From contig CAUTDF010000002.1 in assembly GCA_963537415.1 (NCBI GenBank), positions 12,460-76,459 of the forward strand: a stretch of 64,000 nucleotides of DNA, read 5' to 3'. The position numbers and the translations under genes are program-made. Source of the stretch: an uncultured bacterium (GTDB lineage Bacteria > Patescibacteriota > Gracilibacteria > Absconditabacterales > Absconditicoccaceae). Under the pieces are notes generated by a model that was not told the origin of the DNA, made no database searches, and saw nothing but the letters and a program-made list of their open reading frames with translations. Of the stretch, positions 11,705 to 22,612 are shown piece by piece (within the stretch, counting starts at the first letter, position 1; the number at the start of each line of letters is the position of its first letter).

Positions 11705-11727
11705 ACCTGAATTTAAATCAGGTTTTT
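11705..11727 (+). terminator. nusB terminator
   Basis: ACCTGA atttaaa TCAGGT followed by T5. Confidence 0.6.
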
Positions 11728-11746
11728 ATATTTATGGTAGATTTTT

Positions 11747-12703
11747 ATGCAAAAAGACTTGAATAAATTTTTTTGAGTTCTCCTTTGAGGAGCGATAGGG
11801 GATGCACTTTGAGCTCCTGTAGAATTTCTCGCTAGAGGAGAGTTCCCTTGGGTAGATGAATATCTCTCTAATCCTGAATACGATCTCTATGAGGGTGAAC
11901 GAACTGATGATACTGCAATGACACTTCTCTTGGCTGAGAGTCTGATAAAAAAGAATGGATTTGATATTGAAGATCAACTTACTAATTATCTTAAGCGATC
12001 ATTGAGTGGGTATATGGGCTTGAGAGATTATCCTCAGGGAATGGGGAATCAAACTTTAAAAATGCTTCAAGCTTTTCTTAAGTATCGCCAGGCGAAGGAA
12101 AGATGAGAAGAGCATCATAAACCATGGGAAGTTGATTTAAGTGGGTGTGAACTTGATGGGAATGGTTCTTTGATGAGGATTTGATCGATTCCGCTTTTTT
12201 ACTTTGATGATGTAGAGAAAGCGATCTTCTATGCGGAAGAATCGAGTAAATCAACTCATAATACTGATATTTGCATTGCTGCTTGTAGGTATTATGTTGG
12301 ACTGATTTGGGCGATTTTGCATGGGGCAAGTAAAAAAGAGGTATTGAATTCAGCTTTTTCTCCTTTGGACTGATGTTGGGAGAAATATAAGATCCCTAAG
12401 GCATTACAAGCTATATTTGAAGGATCATATAAAGAAAAAACTGCTGAGGAGCTTCAAACTTTTTGATATGTGGCGAATAGTTTGGAAATTGCTCTTTGGT
12501 GATTTTATAATGCTGATAATTTTAAGAGTGGTATGGAGATGGTAGTTAACCTTGGTGGAGATAGTGATACAAATGCTTGTATTTATGGCTTTTTGGCTGG
12601 TGCATATTATGGGTATGAAAGTTTTCCGGAAGCTTGGAAACAAGGCTTGGTAGAGAAAGAAAAAATTATTGATTTTGCAGAGCAACTGTATATCTTAAAG
12701 TAG
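11747..12703 (+). CDS. ADP-ribosylglycohydrolase family protein
   Basis: LL-G-GAIGDAL-G-APVEF (both marked G are TGA), TDDT, GGDSDTNACIYG. 318 aa. Confidence 0.85.
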
Positions 12704-12708
12704 CAAAA

Positions 12709-12743
12709 TAAAAAAAGAAGTCTGATTTTAGACTTCTTTTTTT
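12709..12743. terminator. bidirectional terminator
   Basis: A-run, AGAAGTCT gatttt AGACTTCT, T7. Lies between convergent genes. Confidence 0.65.
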
Positions 12744-12765
12744 GTTGAAACAAGTAATATTTTTT

Positions 12766-13302
12766 TTACTGAAAGATTCTGAGGCTTGAACTTGCTTCAT
12801 TTACTGTTGGGAAAAGAGTTTCTCCATTGGTGATTTCCGTTTGAATCCCTTGCGATTGAAGGTCAGTCACTAACTGTATAAAGCAAGTATCTAGGATGAT
12901 TTTCAGATTTGTCTTTCGTTTTTCATAAGTTGCTGGGTTCGTTGTTTTTTTCTCAGTTAAGAGGCGAGCAAATTCACTCCAGAACATTTTCATTCCCAGT
13001 GTATTCATTACTCCTTTTGCGATAAAGTTTAGCGTGTCGATAAAGCTTGTTAGAAAGCTATCGTATACGATTCAGACCTTTTCATTGGTAAAAGAGAGTA
13101 GGTATTTTCAGTCAGCTTTTTGAGTTAAGAGTCCTGACGTGAAAATACTTTCAGCAACTTTAGGTGCAACTTTATGAGGAGTCTGGTCGTTTACTCATAG
13201 AGGAAGAAAAAACAGACTTCCATATTGGTTTTTGAAGTGATTGAGTAGTGTGGTTGCTGATTTTTCAATAGCGAACTGAACGACCTGTTGTAGTTGGCTC
13301 AT
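12766..13302 (-). CDS. hypothetical protein (apparently co-transcribed downstream of RuBisCO)
   Basis: 178 aa across 3 TGA. Starts 36 nt after the rbcL stop with no intervening terminator. No motif recognised. Confidence 0.5.
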
Positions 13303-13338
13303 TTTTGTTTTTCGTTGGTTTAAAAGTCAGATTTTTTA

Positions 13339-14799
13339 TTATGCTGCAATTCTAAGTGTTTTCATCTTTTCTTTTGTAGATGGTTTTTCAAAGAATGCAA
13401 TCGCTTCAGCGAGTTCAGGCTTATTTTTAGCATATTCATGAATATCTACTCCTTTCTGATATGCTTCACAGGCTTGCACAAGAGCCTTAGCGCCTGACTG
13501 AGTTCCCTTTGGATGAGCGTGACATCCTGCACCCATTGTTGTGATGAAATCTACATTTCCCATGAGATCAATGAAAGGTTTGAGAAGAGTTGGATTGAGA
13601 CCTCCAGAGATGATAGGGCAGCAGGTCTTGATTGCTCTCCAGCTATCATCGGTAAGTACTTCTTCATTATCTTCGTCTCTTTGTACGAGAGCTACGAAGT
13701 CTTTATCAGTTTCTGGGATTGTTCCCCAAGACTGTTCAAAGATATGTCCAGTCTTTTTCATATATCTGATACCTTCTGCTGCAGTTACATCTTCTGCTTT
13801 ATCTCCAGCCATTTTTCCAACTCCTGCGGTTCCTGTATGGATTCCAGAAGCTCCAGCGAGTCTTGCAAATTTTGAAAGGACTAAAACTGAGTATCCAATA
13901 GGGTTTTCTGGTCTAGTGAATGCACCATGCCCAGCTCTATGAAAGTGGATAAATACATCTGGATACTTTCTTCTCAAGGTCTGAACAGCCATCCAACCTG
14001 CTGTTGTTCCATCAATTAGGAAGGCATAAGATCCTGGTTCAAATCCTGCGTTTCTAATCATCTCACATCTTTCGATCATGGTATCGTAATCAGCAGCTGA
14101 TACATTGAAAGAGTGCACCTTTTTCTGTCCAGTTTCTTTTACTGCTTTGTCCATAGCTTCCTTTACATGCTTTACCATTTTATCATAAGGACAAAAATCC
14201 TGATTTGCCTGTGGTTCATCATTTTTTACAAAGTCTCCTCCTCATACCCAAAAATCATAACATACCTCAGCGTATTCAGCAGAAGTAAGTCCCATCTTTG
14301 GTTTGATGATGGTTCCGAGGATTGGTCTATTGTAAACATTGAGGTATTTTCTCATGTCTGCTAGGGTATAGCTTGGTCCATCGTATTGTTCAAGCATTGC
14401 AGGTGGAAACCATACATCAAGAATTTTTAATGCTTTTACTTCCTTCATTCCAAAGACATTTCCCGCAATATAGGTGAGGATATTCTGAATATTTCCACCT
14501 CTATCAAAAAGTCTCCATGGGTATGCGATCCAGATAAGTTCTTTTTCGGCATCTACCTTATATACGAGGGCATTCATTTCTTTTGAAAAGGCAGTTTCCG
14601 TCTCAACTAGGAAATTTGTTCCAGTAGAGGATTCAGCTGCAACTTCACAAGCTGCCTGGAGAATGTTCATTGATTTTCCAGGTTGAAAGTGCGCTGCAAC
14701 AAGCATATATTGTCCATTTTTTGGATTTGGGAGATCAAGATTGACATAGGCCAATTGATGATCATTGAGTGTTGGTAAAAGGTCTTTTACGTTTGACAT
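13339..14799 (-). CDS. rbcL: ribulose-1,5-bisphosphate carboxylase/oxygenase large subunit, form II/III-like
   Basis: IIKPKMGL, FWV-G-GGDFVKNDEPQ (TGA at 14242-14244), IHFHRAGHG, SGGLNP, plus an insertion before SGGLNP (EQSWGTIPETDKDFVALVQRDEDNEEVLTDDSW). 486 aa. Consensus promoter upstream. Confidence 0.93.
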
Positions 14800-14833
14800 A
14801 TTTTATTTGGTATAGAATATAAAGCTAAAGCTG

Positions 14834-14861
14834 ATTATATTCAGATTTTTTTATTTTGCAA
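14834..14861 (-). promoter_or_regulatory. sigma70-type promoter of rbcL
   Basis: TTGCAA (14856-14861)-N16-TATAAT (14834-14839) on the minus strand, about 35 nt upstream of the rbcL ATG. Confidence 0.6.
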
Positions 14862-14886
14862 CTTTTTGAAAGGATTTTAGAGAAAA

Positions 14887-14916
14887 AGAAAAAACCTGAG
14901 TTTGATTCAGGTTTTT
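14887..14916. terminator. rpsA terminator
   Basis: AACCTGA gtttgat TCAGGTT flanked by A-run and T-run. Confidence 0.6.
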
Positions 14917-14934
14917 CTATGATTTAATGACAGA

Positions 14935-16083
14935 TTATTCTGCATCTTCAGTAGCTTCTTTTGCTTTAGGAGCTTTTTTTGTAGTTTCTCCTTCAGCTTT
15001 TTCTTCCAAGTGTTTCATTGAAAGTCCGATCTTTCTATTTTTAGGATCGATGAGGATAAGCTTAGCCTTTACAATTTGTCCAAGTTTTACGATTTCATTT
15101 GGATTGTTAACTGCTTTTTGAGAAAGCTCGCTAAGGTGAACAAGTCCATTGATATCGTCAAATACTCTCACAAATACTCCATAAGGTACAAATCTGATGA
15201 TTTCTCCTTCGATAATATCTCCAACTTTGTACTTCTTTGGAAGTTCTGACCAAGGATCTCCTTTGAGCTGCTTGCTTGAAAGAGAGATCTTTCCGTTTTC
15301 AAGACCAATTACTTTAACTTGCATCTTGTCTCCGATCTTTCCAAGTCTATCGATATCATTTACGTGTCCGTAAGTAATTTCTGAGATGTGAACGAGACCT
15401 TCAACAGTACCTCCGATAGTCACGAAAAGTCCGTATGAAGAGATTCCTGAAACCACTCCGTCAAATACTTTTCCAACTTCAAGTTCAGCAAGAACCTTTT
15501 CTCTTTCTTCTTTGAGAGCTTCTCTTTCAGAAAGGATAATTCTTCTGTCTTCTTCATCGATATTGATTACTCTTACCTTGATTTCCTGTCCGATAAGTTC
15601 AAGAAGTTTATCAAAGATAGCTTCTTGATCTCCATCTTCTACTCTAGGGTAGTGGATAGGAGCAAGTTGAGACAATGGGATGAATCCCTTGATACCATGC
15701 ATATCGATCAAAAGTCCTCCAAGGTTTGCCTCAGTAGGAACAACAGTGATGATTTCATCTTTTTCGAACTTTGCAATAACTGACTTCCATACGTCGTATT
15801 GGAGGAGTCTAGTTACTGAAACGATGTAGTATCCATCTTCGTGTCTTACAGCTGGATTGATAATCTCAAGCTCAAGTTCTGTAGATGGGTTAAGATCAAA
15901 TTGTGATCTTTTAAGTTCCTTAGCTTCTTTTGAAAGGATGATACCAGTAAATGCACCGTTTTCGCAGTTTACAAGAACTCCGTTCTCAATTTCTTTAAGG
16001 ATTGTTCACTTTACTTTTTGCCCTTCCTTGATAAGAGGAACTGTGAACTGGCTTGCCGCTGGGGCAGTAGCTTTTTTAGCCAT
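14935..16083 (-). CDS. rpsA: 30S ribosomal protein S1
   Basis: Four S1/OB repeats (GxVxG...YGLFV..., GLVHISE/GLVHLSE). 382 aa, single TGA. Confidence 0.88.
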
Positions 16084-16120
16084 TAATGATGTAAAATTAA
16101 ATAAATAAAATTAAGAATAA

Positions 16121-16372
16121 TTAGACCTTAAGTCAGATTTTTTTACTGATTTTTGTGTAAGCATCTAGATCCTTTGCTTTTAGGTATCTCAAGAAAGATC
16201 TTCTCTTTGCTACCTTTTTCAAAAGACTTCTCTTTGCATCATAATCTTTTGCATTAGTTGCAACATGTGCTTGCAACATTGCGATTTGATCAGATAAAAG
16301 ACCGATTTGCATTTGTGGAGACCCAGTATCTCTCTCGTGTCTCTGAAATACATTTTCCTGTGTTTTTGCCAT
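16121..16372 (-). CDS. rpsO: 30S ribosomal protein S15
   Basis: MAKTQENVFQRHERDTGSPQ... The C-terminus ...KKI-G-LKV only matches the conserved S15 end (..LGLR.) if TGA 16133-16135 is Gly. Confidence 0.9.
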
Positions 16373-16448
16373 TAAACAAACCACTTATAAAAATAAAAAG
16401 AATTCTGAACAAACCCAAAAGCAAATTGCCTTTTTCGGAATGTCCACG

Positions 16449-16520
16449 TACTCTCGGTAGGAATCGAACCTACATCTAACCCTTAGGACGGGCCTATTCT
16501 ATCCATTGAACTACGAGAGC
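16449..16520 (-). tRNA. tRNA-Arg(CCU)
   Basis: 72-nt cloverleaf folded by hand: acceptor GCTCTCG/CGAGAGT, D stem GTTC/GAAT, anticodon stem GGCCC/GGGTT, loop GTCCTAA, T arm GTAGG-TTCGATT-CCTAC. No encoded CCA. Confidence 0.8.
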
Positions 16521-16604
16521 TTGAGCATACGCAAAAATTTCCTCCTCAAGGGGAATGCTGATCTTTTATATTTATTTGCGATATAAAATCAAGGAGAAAG
16601 AATC

Positions 16605-16647
16605 AGATTTTTTTGATTGAAAAAAGTCCTATGAGTTACATAGGACT
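16605..16647. repeat. direct repeat A (terminator module) flanking the lipoprotein islet
   Basis: agatttttttgattgaaaaaAGTCCTATGagttaCATAGGACT, about 85% identical to 18026-18067. Lies 85 bp from tRNA-Arg(CCU). Confidence 0.7.
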
Positions 16648-16653
16648 TTGGGA

Positions 16654-17178
16654 CTATTGTTCTTCTGATTTTGCGTTATTTGTTGGGAAAGTATTGAGTT
16701 CCCATTTTGCTTCTCTATACCAGATAGTACCTTTAACTTTTGCTCGAGGTTTTATTATACTAGTATTTTCTTTGTATCCACGGAATACATACTCTCCACG
16801 TAGTCGCATCGAATTTTTGTCAAAATACCATTTAAAGCTTTCATCAGATAGCTTGAATTTTCTTGTGCGATTACTTCCTATATTGTATTGAAATATTTCC
16901 CATTCTCCGATAAATTTTGGTATATTAGGAGTCGTTATTTCTGTCGGTTCAAACTCTATGATAAGAGCATATTCAACTTCGCCTTTGTGATATTCTGATT
17001 GTGCTTGAATATAGGTATCCCACATAAAGCCGTTTGAAACTATTACTTCTGATTCAGATTTTTGAGTAGAACTTTCTACAGAAGTAGTGTAGTAATTGTT
17101 AATGATTTCTTCCTTTCTGCAAGAGCTAAAAGAAAGACTTAGTGTAAGCATTGTGATGATAATAATATTTCTTTTCAT
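16654..17178 (-). CDS. lipoprotein, unknown function
   Basis: MKRNIIIITMLTLSLSFSSC lipobox. 174 aa, no TGA, TAG stop, own hairpin terminator (16625-16647). Confidence 0.7.
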   Translation of the reverse strand: MKRNIIIITMLTLSLSFSSCRKEEIINNYYTTSVESSTQKSESEVIVSNGFMWDTYIQAQSEYHKGEVEYALIIEFEPTEITTPNIPKFIGEWEIFQYNIGSNRTRKFKLSDESFKWYFDKNSMRLRGEYVFRGYKENTSIIKPRAKVKGTIWYREAKWELNTFPTNNAKSEEQ

Positions 17179-17295
17179 TGTTCTATAAGTTTAATTTGTT
17201 TTTTTAATCTTTGTGTTTGAGATGAAGGGGACTACTCAGGTTATTAAAATTTTCTCAGTAGAACCCCTTTACTCCTTTGTAATTATCAAGTATAA

Positions 17296-17949
17296 TTATT
17301 TTCTTATTTCTACAGATCTTCTTGGATAGGTATTGAATTTTAGATTGTCGTATGTTTCGTATTTTATACTACCATCAATCCATGCATCCTTTAATTTCCA
17401 TTTGTAAGATTTTTCAATGTTTGATAATTTATACTTGTACTCTAGATAGAGAAACGGACTTTCTCCTTCATTCTTTTCTCCTTCTTTTTGGAATAGGTCA
17501 AAAGATCTGTCGTTTGTTGAAAGATCAATTACTTTTTCAATCATATTCTCTGATCTTTCTCCAATGAGTGACCATTGTCCTTTTAATTGGATATCTCTTT
17601 GATCTTCTATTAGATAGTTTTTGAGGTCATTGTTTCCCTTTTTGCTTGGAATTTTTATCTGTATTATCAGATAACCTTGACTCTCATCTAGTGAAGTATA
17701 CCATTTTACACTGTTAGAGATTGTGACTCTAGGTGGGGTGAATGGTATTAGCGGAGCTTGTTGTTCAGGAGTTGGAGGAGGAAGAAGTGTTTCTCCAGAA
17801 TCTTCTTTTTTGCAAGAAGTTGTCAGAGATACTACTACAAGGGTTGCGAGAAACAAAGTTACTGTCTTCACTTTGTTTGTCATGAGTTGGATGATTTTTC
17901 TCATTTTTGTTAAAATTAATTTGATTATATTTTTTGTTAATGATCTCAA
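17296..17949 (-). CDS. lipoprotein, unknown function (distant paralog of 16654-17178)
   Basis: ...TLFLATLVVVSLTTSC lipobox. No TGA, TAA stop. The true start may be an internal ATG (17904 or 17883). C-terminal W..L...(F/Y)P pattern shared with its neighbour. Confidence 0.65.
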   Translation of the reverse strand: MRSLTKNIIKLILTKMRKIIQLMTNKVKTVTLFLATLVVVSLTTSCKKEDSGETLLPPPTPEQQAPLIPFTPPRVTISNSVKWYTSLDESQGYLIIQIKIPSKKGNNDLKNYLIEDQRDIQLKGQWSLIGERSENMIEKVIDLSTNDRSFDLFQKEGEKNEGESPFLYLEYKYKLSNIEKSYKWKLKDAWIDGSIKYETYDNLKFNTYPRRSVEIRK

Positions 17950-18025
17950 ATCTTAAAGAAATATTTTTTCTTTAGATTTATGTTTTATCTTATATATAAT
18001 TTCTATAAAAAGTCAATATAAAATT

Positions 18026-18067
18026 AGATCTTTTTTGATTAAAAAAATCCTATGAGTTACATAGGAT
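18026..18067. repeat. direct repeat B (terminator module) flanking the lipoprotein islet
   Basis: agatcttttttgattaaaaaaATCCTATGagttaCATAGGAT. Also serves as the mraY terminator. Confidence 0.7.
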
Positions 18068-18092
18068 AGTAATTGAGCTTTTTGATTAGTAT

Positions 18093-19181
18093 CTAAGAAA
18101 TATAGATGATAGGATGTTTAAGAGTTAAGTATTGCACAAGAATGAAAATAACTCAGATAATACCTAGGATTGCTTGGATGAGCCAGATTTTCATTACGAT
18201 TGTAGACTCTTGCATTCCTTTGTATTCAAGTAGATGATGAAAAGGCGCGACCGCAAAGAGTTTTCTTTTGAGGATTTTTTTCCAGAAGATTTGCAGCCCG
18301 CTTGAGAGGAATTCTAAGATAAAAACTCAGAAAATTATGATAAAGGGGATAATGATTCAAAATCTCATATTGAGTAGGTAGAGGAGTGATGCAACAATTC
18401 CTCCTAGTGCGAAAGCTCAGCTATCACCCATAAAAACTTTTGCTGGATTGATATTGTAGAAGAGGAAAGCTACTAAAACTGAAATGAGAATTGAGATAAT
18501 TGTCGTCGCGATATAGGTTCCATTGAGGAAGGTTGAGATACCAAGGCATCAGAGGACGATGATGATGAGTCCACCAGCTAGTCCATCAAGCCCATCTGTG
18601 ATATTGATGGCATTAACGATTCCAATTGTCGTGAGGAAGGTTAAAATTGGGAAGAAGATTCAGATTTCTATTTTTCATCAAAGGGGTCGTAGATTGATAT
18701 AGTTGATACCTAGTTTTACATAAAACCAATACGAGATGAATGCGGAAAATAGGATCATCCCTGTCATTTTTGCCTTTGCGCTTAATCATTTGATCTTTCA
18801 GAAATTTTTGATATTAAGCCAGTCATCAACTAGTCCAATCAATCACATACTAAAGAAACCAAAGAGAATAATATAGGTTTCTTTGCTATTTCGCAGTGAG
18901 TAGGTGATGATCCCTTTTTTTTGTAGGATAAAGGAAAGTCAGATCATGATTAGCATAATCACCATAAAGAGTCCTCATCCCATTGTTGGAGTTCCTGCTT
19001 TGTGAGAGTGGAGTTTTGCAAATATTTCAGACTTTTCTCCAGTGGCGTTGTTTTCACGGATAGTTTTTCCTGCCTTGAGTTTTCTAAGGAGCTTGATATA
19101 CAGCGGATAGAGGAGCATGGCCAGCCCAATACTGATTAAGGAATAGGTTAGAATTCAGATTATGTTTGCTAATGTTGACAT
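18093..19181 (-). CDS. mraY: phospho-N-acetylmuramoyl-pentapeptide transferase
   Basis: HSHKAGTPTMGG, NAINITDGLDGLAGG, PAKVFMGDSGAFALGG, APFHHLLE. 362 aa with about 14 TGA (invisible in the ORF track). Confidence 0.92.
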
Positions 19182-19244
19182 TTTTCCTGAGAGGAATTAA
19201 ATCACAAGAGTTTTCTTGAGTTTTTTTGTTCAAAACTGACTCTG

Positions 19245-19273
19245 AGTATATTTTTTCTCAGGAGAGATTGCAA
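19245..19273 (-). promoter_or_regulatory. sigma70-type promoter of mraY
   Basis: TTGCAA (19268-19273)-N17-TATACT (19245-19250) on the minus strand. Confidence 0.55.
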
Positions 19274-19407
19274 GTCAATTATAATGCTCTAATCATAAAA
19301 AATAAAAATGTCAAGCTATAAACAAGAGAAACAAAAGTCAGAATTTTATTTTTTTTGTACTTTTATGTATACTTATATGGAGAATTTTTATTTCTATTTT
19401 TGTAGTT

Positions 19408-22400
19408 ATGGTTCAAAATTCTATTGATGTTTTAAAGAGTTTGCAGTCTGAGACTGATAAGATCAAGGCAGATCTTGATGCTTTAAAAAAGCTGACAGAA
19501 AGCAAGGAAAAGGCTCAGAAAAAGCTTGAACTTTACCAATCTATTCAGGTTGTTCAGGAGCTTGCAAAAGTTCAGTTTGAGAGGGAGAAAGATCAAAATG
19601 TAAAAGAGAAGATTGCAGAGGTGCAATCTAAGGTTTCTGATTTTTCAAAAGAGCTTTGAAAACTAGAAGATGTGGTTTCTCAAGGGAAAGATCAAGCGGA
19701 TCAGGATTCTAGGACTATGAATCCAGATAATGGGAAAGATAAAACATCAACTCAGAAAAAAGAGGAGTGAACTTGGGCATCTCTCAAACATTTTACTGGA
19801 GAGCAGCGAGATGCGGTTCGTAGTAAGGAAACTTGGAGTAAAGAACCTGGGAAAAATATTCTTCGTACCGCTGGTTTTGTAGCTACAGGAGTTGGTGCTG
19901 CTGCTCTTGTGTATAAGGGGGTTAAGTGGCTCTTTGGTAGTGATGAGGAAGAAGAAAAGGAGGAAAATAGCAAAGAAGAATCAAAGTCAAAAAAAGAGAA
20001 AAAAGGCTGATTTTGGAATAGTTGGTTTTGAAAGGCTTTGAAATGGGGAGGAATAACTGCTGGTTCAATTTGGGGGATTAGTAAGCTCTGGAACTGGTTT
20101 AATGGCGATGTTGAGCCATCAAGGGGAGCTTCATGAGAAGATAAATACAATGGTTATGATAAGTTTCACTCTAATCCAGAAAATAAGGAAAAGGCTGAAA
20201 ATTATGAGAGGATTGGAGAGAATATCGATGTATTATATTCAACTTTTTATCAAAAGGAACTTGATGCTGGATATCAGGATGAGTTAGAAATGCAGAGAAT
20301 TTCTAATGAAATGAAAAAATCTAATCCTGATGCTAAAAATTATAAGTGAATCATCCCATTTTGTCTAGATAATCAATACGGAAGTGTTGCAGCTATTTTG
20401 GAGCAAAATAGTTCATTTAAGAGCTTGTTAGGAGAGGGATTTGCCAAGATGAAGAATCATATTCTCAGCTGGAGTACCGAGAAACTTGCTGTTTTGGTGG
20501 AATCATTTTTTAGTAAGTTGCCGTCTTGGAAATTGGTTGAAAATATTGAAGGATCAATCGTTGATAAAATTAAGGCGTGGGGAGAGAATAGTGAGGAAGC
20601 TCAGAATGAATTAAAATATTTTTTTAGGCAAGGGATCAGAGTTCAGACTTTCCTTTTTGAAAAGAAGGATCAGCTTGCTGATGCTATCGCGGAGAAAAAA
20701 TCTAAAACCCTTAATATTTCTAAGAAAGAGCTTCTATCTGATAGTGATAATTTTGAAAAATATATTGCAAAGGATCCTGATTATCAGGCTTTTGTCGATG
20801 CTCCAATTGCTGGTGCGATGAATATTCTCAAAAAATATGGGCTTGATTCAGCAGATGTTTCACAAGATCTTAAAGATGAGATTCAGAAACTTGATCAGAG
20901 AAGAGATGAGCTTTTGGATGCTCAGAGTGGGCAATCAGATATTTTGCAAGTAGCATATAATAAAAAGTCTGGAGAAGTATTTAGTCCAGATGAGAAAAAG
21001 AATCTTCAATCAGCATGTGAGAATGTTGCCAAAGATATTGATGAAGAATTGATTGATGCTGTTGAGGAGAGTGTATTAAATATGTATGGAGATCTATTTG
21101 CAACAGATAATGCATGTTTAAGAGAATATATTGAAAAATCTGGTCTTCATGAGATCCTTCGTGGTTCTCAGACTTTTCTCCAGCAACAAAAGCAGCGTTT
21201 GGCGAATTGAGAGGAAATTCCTACAGAGGAACTCAAGGCTACAGCTCAGGTGATGAATGATCTTTTAGCACTCAAAAAGGAATGTTTTCTCGGGCAGATG
21301 ACTATCCAAAAAGATATCGATGAGAACTGAAATATTATCTATAGAGTGCCAGGATTTTTGCTTGGATCAATAAAGAATTTATGAAAGAGTCTCAAACAAG
21401 TGTATAACTGAGAATATCTGTCAGGTTTTTCTACTTTTATGGGTTCGCTTTTGGGAACTGGAATTGTGATTAGTGCCGCAGGAGTGCTTATGAGAAGTAA
21501 TAAAACTGTGATTTTGGGACTTAAAACAGCGGGTGCTCCGTTGACAGTACCGCTTTTTGTGCTGAATAAATTGATGGAAAAAACCGCGATTGGAAGTAGA
21601 CTGAGAAATAAGATGATCTATGGATCTCCAAGCTGGGTACAGTCAAATCTTTTCTTTAGAGGTGAACTTGGACAAGAAAAATTGCTTACAGCACTTGATA
21701 ACTGAGATATTTCTCTTGAAAAAGTTGAGCGTATTTTGAGCAGAAAGAGCCATGCTCCGTTTATGGATGTAGATAAAAGAGAAGAGTGGCTCAAGATGTT
21801 CAATATATCCAAAGATACCAAGAAAGAGGACTATCTTGCTAAAATCTTTGATACCTATGTAACAAGAAAGAACGGGCAACAATATCTTTTTGATCTGAGA
21901 AATAATCATAGAAATCTGTATGATGATCTTGTAAAATACTTTGATCATTCTTCAGATATTAGAGAGGCGGTGAGGACCGGTGTAAGTCCAGATGCACTGC
22001 AGATCGGAGTTGATAAATTCAATAAGGGATTGCCTGTTGATTTTAAAGGTATTCAGCAGCTCTTGGATAGTCCTGAGTATAAGGGACTTGTGCAAAGAAC
22101 TCTTAATTCAAAAGCTTCCTTGTCAAAGCAGTTAAAAAAAACTAGTTCAGATGCTGGTAAGCTAAAAATCAAGCAACAACTTGATTCTTATGATGAACTT
22201 TTAGATATGTTGTCTTGAAAAACGAGTTCAGAAGTTGCTCAAATAGTTGATGTTTTAGATATGTTTTGACCATCTCAAGATGCTGGGCTCTCTGTTGCAG
22301 CGATCAAAAAGTTAAAAACTCTTTCTCGTCTTCAGGATGCGGTAGATGCTAATTGAAATAAACTGGTTTCTAATTTTGATGATATTTTGAAAAATCTTGA

Positions 22401-22584
22401 TACTGATGAATTAGTTAAATTGCTTAACAAAAAAATCGGTTGAGTGCTGGATTCAGAATTAGATAGTTTGATTAAAACTTTCAAAACTATTAAAGCTGAT
22501 GGATTTAAAAAGGCAATAAAAAATGCTGATGAGTTTGCAATTTGTGTGAAATCCCTCTTTAAGTTTGCAGCTAAGATTAGCTAA
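19408..22584 (+). CDS. giant orphan membrane-associated coiled-coil protein A (1058 aa)
   Basis: Single frame joins track ORFs 19408, 20398, 21439 and 21736. Gaps translated by hand contain only TGA (15 in total). Glycine-zipper/hydrophobic segments at about 19858-19935, 20011-20100 and 21436-21570. TAA stop. Confidence 0.75.
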
Positions 22585-22612
22585 TTTTATGTAATGAAAT
22601 AAAAAAAGTCTT

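Noticed and set aside
16449-16520. One of the two tRNAs might be the suppressor-like tRNA-Gly(UCA) needed for table 25.
   Set aside because: Hand folding gives anticodon loops GTCCTAA (CCU) and CTCCGAA (CCG). Both are Arg, so the UCA tRNA must lie elsewhere.
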